Positions 13,401 to 27,010 of a stretch of DNA of 64,000 bases are shown here, in pieces; positions within the stretch are counted from its first letter, which is position 1, and each line of letters begins with the position of its first letter. The stretch is from Lytechinus pictus (lineage: Eukaryota). The stretch covers positions 21,888,001-21,952,000 of the forward strand of contig NC_087245.1 of NCBI RefSeq assembly GCF_037042905.1. Direction: 5' to 3'. The position numbers and the translations under genes are program-made. Below the pieces are notes generated by a model. That model did no database searches. It saw nothing but the letters and a program-made list of their open reading frames with translations, and was not told the DNA's origin.

Positions 13401-16400
13401 TAAGGTGAACCGGTAGTCAGTTCCTGAAAATCACATTTTGCATTAAATATGGAGGTTTCAAAAATTAAGATTACTTTATTTGAAGTTCGGCATAAAGTCA
13501 GGAATGATGGTATCACAATTTTGCTTCGCGGCAAGCCCTGTTGTCGGAGTACAGTCCAAATCGGCTTCAAGTCGCAGCCGATTACGATTTGGAATTGAAT
13601 TTGCTTTTATTCCTACATTGAAGCCCGAACTACATTGAATTTTGATTGCAGTAGTCCTGCAACTGTTCTGACTACGGATCGCTAAGATTTTTTTGGTTGG
13701 AATGTTCATGTCAAATGTTGTTATGATTTCTTTGAAAATCGGATCGCAACGAATCGTATATAGTGAGCCGGGCTTCATGGAACACAAGTTTCAGTTCCGC
13801 TGACATTAGCATGGCCTACAAAAGGGTTATCCAAAGTGACCACGTGCAGAATGTTCACTGACAAAGAAACCACTCGACTGAGGCATCAGTGAAAAGTTTA
13901 ATCTTGGCCTCAATACTTGCTAACCAATGCAATCCGTAAATACCTTTTACCTTTAACATCGATTTATTTATTCATGCGTGTCGTCAAAGTTACGGGTTAG
14001 GAAACGATGAGGTTAATTCACGTTAATATAGATTGTCAAAAATTATCATTCCGAAAATTTACGGTCTAAATTTCGAATTTTGTGCTATAAGCACTGTATA
14101 ATTCGATTGTGAGGAATTTTTTTTTCATTAAATCGAAGGTTCTCGTCCTATTTCGTCAAGTCCTTGTCCGCCTAGACTTTTGGCATCCTCGGAATGTGAT
14201 AGCTATATAGCTGCTTGAATCACATTTGATGATGCCAATAGGAGATCAATCTATTGAGACTCAGATGTAAAATCAATGAAATAATCATGTCTCAATTTGT
14301 ATGCAGACCCTTTTCGTACGCGGTACGGAAATGATAAATACATTCGAGGTAATCACTAATGACTTGGTTATCATATAATTCTTTTCATCAACCAGATAAC
14401 GGATCCACTTTCGGAGGCGGAAATGACACGATCCCAGGAATCGAAGAATGTCTGGACGGCAAGTACGACACGGGTCTTGGCCTGGCTACCTACAAAGCTT
14501 CTGTGTTCCTGTATTCCTTCACCGTCGAGTACAGTATCATCGGAGGTGCAATGGCGTACGTCATGTGGAGGAATATCGGCAGGAAAGTCCACACCAGCCA
14601 CAAACCCACCAACAACACAGAAATGAGTTTTAGGTGCGTGTAAACTTTTAAATTGATTTTGAATTTCTGGGGTGGTAGATAGCTTGATTTGGAGATTCAG
14701 AGGCAACCGCTCATCTTCTGAGAGCTACAAATTTCTTGATTAAATGACGGTTTGGGGAATTACTGTGTTCCTCCAAAAACCGCGTTAACCCCGTCTTCAA
14801 TCCCTGCTTATCTGTCATGAATGCATTCAATTTTCCGTTGAATTAAATATGTAAATTATGTAAACACATATTACAAAAAAATATATTCATAATTTATTAA
14901 CATGATGAATATTGGAATACATAAATTTTTAGAAAACTAAAATGGTTCGGTGTGAATTAACAGTAATAAAGATTAATTGAACATGATATGGGAACATGTT
15001 ATGGATGTATCTTATGCAGAGAGCCAGAGACAGAGTGGATGAAGAGAAAAGAGGGGCAAGCTGAGGCGAAATGATTTAAAGACATTCCAATTTCCAGCAT
15101 TTATATCTTAAGCAGAATAGATTATGACATTTACATTTATAAAAAAAATAATAATAATACGGTTAAGGTTATGAACATGATCACTCGACGGAAGCTGTTG
15201 ATACGAGGTCAACATGATCTCATCAAGGAACGAACAGGGCGGCAACGCGGGTAATGCGAAATGAAGGGTGGAAGAGGGCGGTATCCAACTTTGTAGGCAT
15301 ATAATGGCGCCATATGGGGTGATCCGAGATACCGCCCCAATCCGTGATGACGATGCGCGGTTCAAGAGAACAGCCATTGGAAGCCACAGTCGGATACATG
15401 TGATGGATCTTACGAGAGCGAGATGCCATTGGATAACATTCAGAACAACAACAACAAAATCTATACCCTCTTGCCTATCTTGAAGAGAAAGGGCTAATGA
15501 GATTAATTTTTCCAAATTATTTTCAAACAAATTTACAACAAAGTAACCAAGCAAATTGTATCTTTTTCACTCTCATCACTTAATATGTTTGCATGACTTG
15601 GCTTCGATAAATATAAATGAATCTATATATGATTTTAAAAGAAAAAGTAAGCTGTAACCACTCCTTCCACTTATTTGTATCACTTTTAATGAGCCCCTGG
15701 CAATAGTGTTATTTATTGCTATTTTTTTTATCCAGGGAATCGAATGAACCCATTAGGATTCAGTTATTCGATGCTTAATCGTTTTGGTATATAGGTGTAT
15801 CTAGAAATTGATGATTGTAATAAAAGCAATGATAACTGACAGAAACAAGGTATTTATTAATTACTACAAGAAAACATCAAGTAAAATGCACTGGCTCGAT
15901 AGATCCTGTTTATTCACATTTCTCTACATCACACACCCATTAATAGCAGTTCATTTTTGTCTAACGTCTGTTAGAAATCCCATCGGATATTTTCCAAAAT
16001 GCTTTTAACCATTTTACTCGGTGCAAATAATAACAATCGCATCCATTTTCGTTTCCCTCTGGGTTTTAGCGCTATCACTAAGAGTCGGTTAATGCAATTC
16101 AAGTAGTTTAAACGAACAAATGGGTACAGCATAATACAGCTAAAATTGTTACAATGATTACACTACCCTTTGCTTCGTTTCCCATTGCGTATTTCTTTTA
16201 AAATTTGCAACGTAGATCCCAAGAAAAAGACATTAACAAGGAGAATGAACTAAAATTATAATGGGTGCAGAATTGCGATTAAAGAAAACGTTATCAACAT
16301 TTATACAATAACGAATAATAGTAACATAGGATCATAAAACTTTTTATGACGAAATTTTACGAAATCATCCCATTCGATTAATGAGGTGTCCATTTGGTGG

Positions 16401-18911
16401 TAGGGAAGTAAGCCTTTCGGATTTTTTTATTCTATTGTCGTTTTAAAGATTAGAAAATATAAGTAAATTTTCTCCTACAATTTTTGTTATTAACTTCAAA
16501 AGAAGTCATTAACAAGATCAATTTGAAGATTAATTCCTTGGTAGATTAACCAGAATGATACACCATAATGAAGCTTCTCTGTGACTTTTGGTAACACCTC
16601 TTTTGAATCTCAGATTAGGCAGGAGAAAAATTAAACAATCAGCAATTAATCGGTAAATGGCGATAGCCAATCAAGATCAATGTTAATTCTTACTCTTGTT
16701 CAAATAATATACTGACCTGAAACCAATAAAATATATATTTTTTTTATTTGCTTTCATTGCCTACCCTTGAGTAACGGGGCCAGTGATGACTAGTCTATTA
16801 ACTTTAAGTCGAGATAAATTATTGTTTACCAAGATGTAATCAACATGATAAATGAAATAACAAATGTTGTAGACTTTGATGCAATACGATGAAAACACTG
16901 AATTTTTTGGTCCTTTATCGAAAGACTGGAAATCAGAAAAGCTCACTATTTGGGTTCTTTGTATTATATTTCTAATTCAATTGAACACATCTCTTGGTGC
17001 AAAAGATCCCAGGCCTCGTAAAACCTAGTATAATCCAGATTATCAGCGTTTATTTTAATTATGATTATGGTCCCTGTTAGGGTATCCAATTTTTCATCGT
17101 GCAAAATTACAATTTTTCTCATTCGTTATCATTTTCTTGGTTATCACAGCTTTGAATGTGGTCTTTTGCTTGGAGTTCTGTGTACGATGTGTGGTGTTAT
17201 CATTCTCATCCTTAACATCATTTACCTCGGTGACCCTGAGAAATCGGAAGAGAGTTTCGTCAGTATCCATGGTTACCGAATTTTCCTCAATTTTGTCTCG
17301 ATACTTGGATGTGTACTCGCTTTTATCGGAATACACAAAGGCGGCTGGCAGGTATGACGATTTGCTTTAATCGTTGTTAATTTATTTCAAGTTCGAGGAT
17401 ATCTAAAAGGTATTTGATGCTAAAGGCTGCTAAAGGCTTTTGAAACTTGTCTTATTCATAAGCGCAAGTCTGTGTGTTTTATGTTTCATATAACCTTTCT
17501 TGGCGGATTTTCTTTTTTTCGTGTTTTTAGGGGCCACAAAGTGGTATTATTAAATAGCTTTTTTCATATGTTTTATCTTTTTGATAACATTTGATAACGG
17601 TAATGATAATATTAGTAATGATGAGGATAAAAATAATATTGATTATAACAGAAATAAAAATGATAAAGATAGATGGTAATGTTAATGACAAAGATAATAC
17701 AAAAAATGATAATGATACAAATAATTTGAATAAAGATGATAGCATAATAATCATAGTCATAATTTATAATAATGATCATGGCAATAAGAGCAATAATAAT
17801 CATTCTAATAATTGAATAACTATCCCAGTGATTTTGAATCTTTCCAGACGGATCACAGTGCTGGCCCTGCCCATCGTGTGGATGCCGCCCTTCTATGGAT
17901 ATGTGTAACCGGTGTGTTTCTTCAAGGTATCTATACCTTTGTAGCCTCTGCGGCTTCTATGGGGGTATCCAAACATGCAGGACTCATCTGGGTGGATGAA
18001 ACAACTCATTTGATACAGACCGTCATGCAGGTGAGATATTTAAGTGGTTCTTATATCTTATTCTTATTATATTTTCTTTAAAGGCGAGTTGCGAGCTCAA
18101 TAAGCTTGCGCACTTTCTCGCATTAGGTAAGTGTTTTACGCCGTTCTTGCTGTCGGTTTAAAGTGCGTTGTCAAGTTGTTCTCTCACTCGGTATTGGTAA
18201 CATATACTACTTTTTAAAAGTGTATGTCCTTTATAAAGTTAACTCTGGAAAGACAGGATGAATTTTTTACTCTTGTTTAAAACCTTTCTCATTTTCTTGT
18301 TTTAAGAGAAGTGGAAGGGTTATTCACATTTCTTTGTCTTATCGTAATAAGGGACTTATCTATCACTGAAACAAGTTATTTCAATTTGAGTTTCACTTTG
18401 AACTAGAATGCATTTATCTCCATAGAATCTGTCACAATGAGGCATCATTCACACACGTCTTTATTATAAACAGAAACATTGTACTTATTTATACTATACA
18501 AGAGCTCGAAGGAAGTTACGCTCTTTGTGTAATGGATGATTCACTTGTCTCTTTCAGAAGGCAATGTAACTTTGGAGTAATCACTCACTCTCGCTTTCTC
18601 TTTATGTCCAGGTGATACTCATTCTGGACGCGATGCACCGCAAGCCACCCGAAGACTTCAAGCAGACTCGAACCAAGCAGATCATCATGTTCCTCTTGGT
18701 ATGCAACATCACTTGGTGGCTAGTCAACACGTACGAGCTCAAAGGCGGCTACGACCTCTTCGCCCTCGAGAACAACTACTACGGCGCCACAGCCTGGTAC
18801 GTCATCGTCCACATCGCCGCCCCTCTTAAGATCCTCTTCCGGTTTCACTCTACCGCCTGCTTCTTCGAGATCTGGAGCACCAAGGGAGTAGACCCGAATG
18901 CTGGACATTAG
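4349..18911 (+). CDS. otop: otopetrin-family proton channel, 8 coding exons: 4349-4458, 5378-5640, 8393-8597, 10205-10629, 14396-14633, 17150-17351, 17848-18030, 18612-18911 (1926 nt, 641 aa)
   Basis: All introns are GT-AG and phases match across every junction. Family motifs: AGSRYLNVGLLFFGTGS, LMHLCANNVAVW, FLYSFTVEYS, FLLVCNITWW, LKILFRFHSTACFFEIW. The start (AAACATGG at 4349) and the exon-4 donor (GTGCGT at 10630) are the least certain parts. Confidence 0.92.
5378..5640 (+). CDS. otop: otopetrin coding exon 2 (TM1-2)
   Basis: CATCAG| acceptor, |GTAATT donor, two hydrophobic helices and AGSRYL. Confidence 0.9.
8393..8597 (+). CDS. otop: otopetrin coding exon 3 (TM3-4)
   Basis: TCCAG| acceptor, |GTAAGT donor; GLLFFGTGS...FTMLQIYYFW. 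Confidence 0.9.
8920..10138. mobile_element. non-autonomous hAT-like element
   Basis: TIRs CAGTGGCGTA / TACGCCACTG, perfect 8-bp TSD TCAGGATT, and a repeated internal GCGAGCGCGAAGCGCGAGC motif. Confidence 0.9.
10205..10629 (+). CDS. otop: otopetrin coding exon 4 (TM5 plus Gly/Tyr-rich loop)
   Basis: TTTCAG| acceptor; MALMHLCANNVAVW. The phase-1 donor GTGCGT is inferred. Confidence 0.82.
11397..11587. mobile_element. 191-bp hAT-like MITE
   Basis: TIRs CAGTGGCGTACCTA / TAGGTACGCTAGTG (2 mismatches) and 8-bp TSD GTGACATC. Confidence 0.88.
14396..14633 (+). CDS. otop: otopetrin coding exon 5 (TM6)
   Basis: ACCAG| acceptor, AG|GTGCGT donor; FLYSFTVEYSIIGGAMAYVMW. Confidence 0.9.
17150..17351 (+). 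CDS. otop: otopetrin coding exon 6 (TM7-8)
   Basis: CACAG| acceptor, CAG|GTATGA donor; GLLLGVL helix. Confidence 0.9.
17848..18030 (+). CDS. otop: otopetrin coding exon 7 (TM9-10)
   Basis: TTCCAG| acceptor, CAG|GTGAGA donor; VDAALLWI...LIQTVMQ. Confidence 0.9.
18612..18911 (+). CDS. otop: otopetrin terminal coding exon (TM11-12)
   Basis: TCCAG| acceptor; KQIIMFLLVCN...FRFHS; TAG stop. Confidence 0.93.
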   Translation: MILILDAMHRKPPEDFKQTRTKQIIMFLLVCNITWWLVNTYELKGGYDLFALENNYYGATAWYVIVHIAAPLKILFRFHSTACFFEIWSTKGVDPNAGH

Positions 18912-21751
18912 ACCTGGAATAACGGATCGGTCAATCAGCCACCAATGGATCCCGTGAGTTTAGTCACCCACCTCGGTCGGAGGTGGTGACAATATTTGAA
19001 ATACTGCAATGTGGTGGAAGCACAAAAATGAGCCATAACGTTGGCAAAATAGAGCCAAGTTGGCTAGACTCTGAGCAGAGAATGCTTTGGCTGCTGGTCT
19101 TCCATCGAGAGAAAAACCATCCACAAATGATGGCGAACAAAGAGATGCATTTGTGAATTTAACCATAAGGCCTCTCGCTTGACTGCTACTTTTAGTTTGT
19201 GGAACCCGATTCACGTACTGGTGTATATTTCTCTAAAGGAAAAAAAAAGACAATAATCCAGATTACGGATTCATGTAATTTGTGTATTATTTTTCATAAT
19301 AAACCTCGACGTAAGAAGCTTCCCCGACATAGTAACAACATTTTACTAAAGGTTGAGACTGTGAACACAATCATGAGCACTTGTAAGACTAATTCATATA
19401 GTCCCATGATTATATGATCATGTTGTTGCTATTTAGTATTCACAGAAATATATCTCATAATATAAGAAGAAAATAGTCACGATGCGAAAGTGAACCTGTG
19501 TCTTATAATGCAAATGGTATTTTTCAAGGGAATTTAAATAAAAGCATTGATTTCTTTTTACTTGGTATTATCAAGTTTTGTGACCAGCACCATAGCTGTC
19601 TTGTGTATTGATACCCTTGATTTTCGTCAAAATTGTTCTATTTCTCATGTTTATTATTATTTTCTAATGTGAATTCTTATCTGTGCAATGAAATTTCGGT
19701 ATGCAAACCACGTGCAATAATATGTATTCTTTTCAATGTTACTGTCGCAAACTTTTTTTTCTTCCTTGATATATTTTTTCTTGTTTACACCTTCGATTAT
19801 GAAGCTATGATTGTCTATGATGAAGCATTGATCATAATATTAATCGGTGCTTGTTTATTTAAGTGTATGAACAAACTTTATTTTGTACAAGAGAAATATC
19901 CAGGTGATATTATTCCGTGAAGTTGTTTCAAACGATGTAGTCATAAAATCCTGCTCATGGGTGACTGATGACGGGATAGGCATTATTCAGGAACGTAACG
20001 AGTATTCGAAGGTGTCCAACTGAATTATATTCTGCTCATCTAGTTATGATCCTGCTCTTTTTAATTATATTATGCTTTCATGAAATATCATTTGAATATT
20101 TTGATACTTTGTCAATCTACTTGTGTATCGGAAATGTATTAAAAAAACTTTTTATGTTTCGATAATAAAAGCCATTTGAATTTGTTATTTTCAGCATTAA
20201 TCATAACTATTATTGTATTGATTAATGTCATTTAATGACAAAAATGATAATAATAATGGTATTAGTAATATTATCGTAATCAATATAATGAAAATGATTT
20301 TTATTAGTATAATTATTATTCTATCATCATTTTTATCATTATTACTGAAGACATTTTGTTAATTCAAACGAGGACTTAAAAGATGCGTCAATTGAAAAGG
20401 TTATGTGATGTATATCATATCACTCGGACGCATTCTTTCAGTCTTAAAGATGTCGTTTTCATTCATGGCATGACGTCACTAATAATGTTTCCTGCCTGGA
20501 ACACACAGGGTTGTAAGGGCACGTATTTCACTCTATTAATGCTGTAATATTCTGTTGACATAATAGTGTATGGTTAATTGATGTATTTTTTTAAAAATAA
20601 TTTCTCCGTTCGGTCTTATCAATCAAGATTACAGTTGATGTGGTTTTTTATTTGGTTGATGATCATACGCTATATATTTGAAGTTTCAATGCGATTCTTG
20701 AATATAATTCATGCGAGTTTATACATAGATATGCAAATGTGGCTTTATAAGTATATAATATATGACACTTTTGTAACATGATGTAATGTAAATAATGATA
20801 GAATTTGCAGTGGCAGTGATGGACATATTGGACTTATAAATATTCTTTATTTAAAATTTAACTACACCAGTTTGTACAGAGTACGGCGAAATGTGCCATA
20901 TAATTTCCAATAGCGAATCTGAATGTAAGATATGAGTTTACATGTTTATGTGCACAGATATGCAAAGATGATGAAGCCTGTTTATATATGCAATTTTGAA
21001 TATTTCTCTTATTTTTATTATCTGCTGTCAAATACATTTTCAAGCTTGAATTGTTGTTGTTGTTTTTCTGTCATGTCTTTTGTATTTATTTATATTTTAT
21101 CGGTAAACTGGCAAACGGCAATGCCTCTTATATTTCACCTCAACTCCGTGAAGGCGAAAAAAAACAAATAAAGATATAATATATATAATATAAATAACAA
21201 AATGAACATAACTGACTGACACAAATTCGAGGAAGAAGGAAACACACGCATTGGGTTAGTTTATTAAGTCTCTAACCAAGAGGTAAAGTCCACGCTATAA
21301 ACGACAATTTTCTTAAATACCTGTTCCCCTAGGGCAGTTATATTTATTTAAAAAAACATAACCAAGGAAGCATATTTTTGTGTCCTCGTGAAAGAAAAAT
21401 AACGAAATTGAAGTAAAACTCTTGAAAAAATGACTTGGCCTTTTATTATAGAAGTAAATTGAAGAGTTGTCCTTGTCTGACTTCACTATGATATTGCCAA
21501 TCTGGCCAGCTTGAAGTCTCCATGGGTTTAGTGACTGACTTATCATTTCTTACAACTTTTTAAAATTCACAACTTTCTTATCGTTTTCCGATATTTCGTC
21601 CAAACTAGGGCAAACTTTCACCGATCTTCTTGTTCTATAGATTTTTTTTTTAATTTCGGTTGGATTCCTTTCTAAAATATCCAGGGTGAAGTCAAAGAAA
21701 GTAATGTCATGAGGTCCATCATGTCACTTGTGTCCACCATAAAGTTATTAT

Positions 21752-22449
21752 AAAGGGGGAGTTTACCCTGACAAAAAGTTTATTGTAAAATCAGCAAAAA
21801 AAAACATTGGCGAAGGCTTGAGGAAAATCCATAAAATAATTATTAGAATTTTAAATATTTGATTTGTGACGTCACATGCGAGCAGCTTTTGTACATATCG
21901 TACACAGCAAAAACTGTGGCGTTAACCGGCGTACATAGAGGAACACACCAGTTATTTTACACCGGTGTTAAATTGACAATGTTAGTTTAACACCTATAAG
22001 TGTTATTACAACACCTTTGGTTGTTACATTTACACTCTTTGGTGTTTTGTTCAATCTCTAGGGTGTAATTTTAACACCTCGGGGTGTGGTCCTCTATCAA
22101 CACCAACTGGTGTCAGTTTTAACACCACAGTCTTTACAGCGTATGGTAAAAAAAAACAATAAAATATAATTTTCTCAGAAAATCGAAACCTTTCATTGTA
22201 TCAACAGAAACATCACTACACACCCGCTCCTAAAAAGAAAAAAAGGTCATCAAGAACCACTAAAAAAAATTATGCATTTCATATTACATAAGTATGGGGC
22301 AGCTGCTCATATATGACGTCACAAATCCAAAAATTAAATTTCTAATAACTTTTTTAATCTGATGGATTTTCCTCAAACCTTCACCAATATTTTTATTATT
22401 TTTCTGTTATTTTTACAACAAACTTTTCGTAAGGGTGAACTTCTCCTTT
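21752..22449. mobile_element. long-TIR MITE (Kolobok-like termini) containing a nested MITE
   Basis: Imperfect inverted arms of about 140 bp: AAAGGGGGAGTTTACCCT...TGACGTCAC / TGACGTCACAAATC...AGGGTGAACTTCTCCTTT. Confidence 0.7.
21903..22141. mobile_element. TA-flanked MITE with ACACC/GGTGT subrepeats
   Basis: Termini CACAGCAAAAACTGTGG / CCACAGTCTTTACAGCG, with TA on both sides. Confidence 0.7.
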
Positions 22450-23413
22450 CAACTATCTTTCAACTTTCATTGTTTGTTTCGCTTGTATTAACAAAAATTA
22501 AAGCGGTACTCCAGAAAATAATGTGATTTGAAGTCTTGAACAGACGGAGAAAAAAATCAGGCAATTATCAGACTGCCTTTTTCACTTAGATTGGACAAGG
22601 TTATGACATTTCAAAGTATTGCAACTTTTTGGGTGAAACATTTCTATGGATGTCTTTCATGATGGATATCAATGTATTATATGTTTGTCTTTTAAACAAC
22701 TAAAAATACAATTTGATTACTACTGTGTTGTGTAACATCATCATTGCTGAACCTTTATTTTGTTACAAGGGAGACATTATTACTTACATAATTATATACT
22801 TGCATATGTATTAATAAGTCAAAAGACATAGAAAAGTGAGGATCTCATCAGCCAATCTACTGCAAATTCAGGACGGTATACATAAAACAGTTTTCCTAAA
22901 ATCAAGCATTTATTCATTTTATCACTTTTTTATCAGACTGAAATTTTCAGCATTAATCTTGTTAAATTTCCAAAGTTTATTCAAATCAAGTTGTTCTCGG
23001 AGTGAATAGGGCATTTATGAATGAATTATTGGGTAAGCTTGTATCACGTAACTCTTTTTTCCCATTGCTATACCACACATTACTCATACATCCATTAAGA
23101 TAGACCGTATATAGTGAACAATAAAAAAAACGCAGGATGTGTTAACTATATGAAAAAAATATTTATTTACTCAACAACAATGAATCGATTACAAATTGAT
23201 CTCAAATCGCTACTATATTATCAAAAGAAGAATGCCCCCCCCCCCGAAAAATGTTATTTTGGGTGTAAAGATATAAAAGTATAATGTTGAAAATTTCATC
23301 AAAATCTAAATTTTCAGCATTATGCCTGTTTGATATTTACACCGGTATTGCAAAGTCTATTATTGTGAATCTATATTTTGCTGTTAATATATATGTATCA
23401 TATATATATTATA

Positions 23414-23452
<39 letters not shown>

Positions 23453-23667
23453 TTTTGTAAACACATACGTTTCAGCCAGTGGCTGCCGTATGTGTATTGT
23501 TGTTTGAGAAATAAATAAACCATGAATATATTTCTCTTTTTATTAAAATCAGCACTTTGGGAGAGAGAAATTTGCATTCTATATACATTGATAACCTCGT
23601 AGTTTTCACATATGCCCTGCAGGTGACAGGGGAAGGTGACGCATATCCCCGAAATGTTGATATTTTA

Positions 23668-23765
23668 ACCACCACCATCACCATCTTTATTACCTACTAC
23701 TACTCCTACCACCACCACATCATAGTACCATCATCATCAGATCCATCACCACACCCTTCACCACC

Positions 23766-23834
<69 letters not shown>

Positions 23835-23904
23835 GCTATTACTACTGCTATTACTATTTTAACTGCTACTACTACTAATGATAATAATATTAGTGATAAT
23901 AATA

Positions 23905-23940
<36 letters not shown>

Positions 23941-23968
23941 GTATTAATGATATTGATAATAACAATAA
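23668..23968. repeat. (ACC)n/(ACT)n/(AAT)n trinucleotide tract, repeated in each unit
   Basis: Directly visible; it is the source of the poly-Leu and poly-Val ORFs. Confidence 0.9.
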
Positions 23969-26312
23969 TTCGGCACTAGGTACTAATATTACTACCTGAT
24001 GTTGCTGTAGCTACCAGTATAACTGCATGAACGACGACAAATACTACTACCATTTTTACCCGATGGCAAGTACTTTTTCCACTACACACACTAATAAAAA
24101 GTATGGAATAATTTTTAATAGCATTAATGCTCATTCAACTATCTTGGATAATCTTTCCTTCATTATGCAAATTCAATTAAAAATGTATATAATCAGGAAA
24201 TCACATAAGAGGATTAATCTTTTGTAGGGTTGTGTAGAGGTTCTAATCGAATCTATCGGCATTTTCTAGAAAACATTCATATGAGTCACAATAAAAATGA
24301 AAAAGCAACCCAACATTGATCTTACATTTCATATTTCTAGTCAACTGTAAAAGAAATAAACAGATATTTGTGAATAAACATGACTAATAGTACCACATAT
24401 AATTTGAAGATTGAACAGGTAGAAATTATTATTTCCAGAGGTTTGGAAAGATTAGTTTTATTGATAGATTTCTCTCATTTTCTCATCATTAATGATTGGT
24501 ACCCCATCAGAAAAATATCCAACTTTCTTGAAATCTCCCTTTTTCTATGACGATTGCTTCAATTGACTTAAATGTGAGTTTAAAGTTACAAAATGACCCA
24601 AGTCAATTGTAGAAAAGAGGCCCGTTTTATATAACTATTTGCAACTTTATCATCATGGCAAATGCCATGCATGGTAACATGGTTTAACAGCCAATCCGGG
24701 AGCCAATTACAATTAGTGTTACCATAATGGCAGAGTTACAATAGTTGCATTTTTAAACGAGCCCATTTAGATCATGGGTCCATGTTTAGATGAGGATCAT
24801 ATTATCTATCGACTCTTGTTTCCAATATGGTCTTTTCCCCCTATGGTATATTCATAACAAATAGGATTTCACGTTCTTGAAAATTTCATAATAACATGTT
24901 GGTCACATTACCAAGCTAGCATTTAACGTTAACTCCGATTAGCATCATTACAAGATATTTTTTATTTTTCATTGGAGGGGGTTCAAGGTAGAATGTATGG
25001 TACATAATTATGTCATTCCCAAAACTGAAATAAGCTTTCACGAAGGACTAACTTGATTGTTAACTCCAGGGATACACGGTATACGGGTGAAAATGAATGC
25101 ATAGACTCTAAGAATCAGTTTACCATCAGGACAACAAAATAAATAACTTTCATATCTTTTGTCGGAATGTCCTGAAACTTGCTAGATGAATTATCTTCCC
25201 ATTTTGATAACTGCCATTCATCAAACGAAATACTGAAGCTCTATCTGTCGACTTCATGAACGAACCAAGCAATTTCTGTTGGAGAAACACAGGCAGCGTA
25301 GCACGTAGGAGATAGAGCTCAGCGGCGTAACAGGGGTCGGTGGCCAGGGGGAGGGGGCAAGAGCCAAACATTTCCCGGTCATATCATGGTATGAACAGGC
25401 GTAATGGTGTAATGAAGCGACTATTTGAGATGGCCAGATATTGCGTATCGTGCAAAATTTATCTTTAAAAAAAGTTGCGAGCGAGCGAAGCGAGAGAGCA
25501 AAAATGTTGACCTTTTTAATACAAAATTCAAATTTTTTGATAGATTCTGACATGATATCCAGAAAAAAACATATTTCACTCTTCTCTCTTTAGATTCCCT
25601 TTTTTTTTCTTTGCAGCAGTAGCGTGAAGAGCAAAAAAAAAAAAGAGGGGCGCAGTATAGCACATGTGCTAAAAAGCTGCTTTATATAAGTCCCGAGCGA
25701 GCGAAGCGAGCGAGAAAAAAAAACCTTTTCATGAGAATCTAAATTTGAGCTATTATTGACATTATATTCATTCTGTAAATAAAATCATATCCTATACTTT
25801 TCCTTTGCTTTTCTTTCCTCCTTTTTTTTTTCTTGTTTGTAGAACTTTTTGGAGCCATTGCCCAACCATTCCATACGCAGTGCTGTGGCGGTTGGGGTCA
25901 GGGGCGGAGCCCCCGGAACTTTTTGATATCAAAGCAATTTAAACCTCGCAGATTGCCGCTATTTTAATCAAATCGCGGGCATATACAGAGTATAGCTTTT
26001 ACACAACGCATTCATTTAACCCAGTTGCGTAATGAACCAAATATTTTGAGGGGGCAAAACATAGCAATGTGGGAAAAATTTGTAAAAAGTCGCCAGCGTG
26101 CAAAGCGAGCTGGAAAAAAAATTGCCTATTGAAATTAAATTCTAATTATGTGATAGATTTTTCCAATATATTCAGCAAATAACTCATACCATTATACGTT
26201 GTCTCCTATAATTTCTTTTATTTCCTCTTGGGTGTGGAACCAAGACATGATTGTCATGATCAATTCAGTATGACTAATGACTTTTTATATATATTGGTGC
26301 ATTCTTGTTTAA

Positions 26313-26903
26313 AGGTCAAGTCCACCCCAGGAAAATGCTGACATGAATAAATAGAAAAAAATCAAACTAGCATAGTGCTGAAAATTTCATCAAAATCGAA
26401 CGTAAAATAAGAAAGTTATGACATTTTAAAATTTCGCTTATATTTTTACAAAATAGTGATATGCACAACTAGGTGAGTCAGTCGATGATGTCCATCACTC
26501 ACTATTTCTTTTGTTTTTTATTGTTTGAATTATACAATATTTCATTTTTTATAGATTTGACAATAAGGACCAACATGACTGAACCATATAGTATTAGACA
26601 ATGCTAATTCCACATGTTCAGGGAGGAATTAATCGTTGTATCACTTGACAATGAGGAGAAAATTAGAATATTTCATATTTGATATATTAAAATACAAAAG
26701 AAATAGTGAGTGGATGACGTCATAGTCTCCTCATTTGCATACCAGCCAGGATGTGCATATAACTGTTCTGTGAAATTAAGCGAAATTTAAAATCCCATAA
26801 CTTTCTTATTTTACATCCGAATTTGATGAAATTTTTAGTGTTATGCTTGTTGGATTTTTCTCTTTTTATTCAAATCAACTTTTTGTTGGGGTGGACTTGT
26901 CCT
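26313..26903. mobile_element. TTAA-flanked MITE (Kolobok-like), copy 1
   Basis: TTAA|AGGTCAAGTCCACCCCA...TGGGGTGGACTTGTCCT|TTAA with long imperfect arms. Confidence 0.85.
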
Positions 26904-27010
26904 TTAATCGTATTAAATCCAATTATCCTTTAAGTTGTTGGTTTTTTTATTTTTATTTTTTATTTTTTAAGTTGCTTTGATATATATATATTTGTATTCT
27001 TTGTTTTTCG

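Noticed and set aside
13300..13900. ORF-like segment in an otopetrin intron (also higher-GC patches at 7330-7590 and 15180-15480)
   Set aside because: No recognisable motif or phase-compatible exon; probably old TE remnants.
23557..23965. Poly-Leu/poly-Val ORFs (also 32290-32683 and 43001-43312)
   Set aside because: They are translations of trinucleotide microsatellites.
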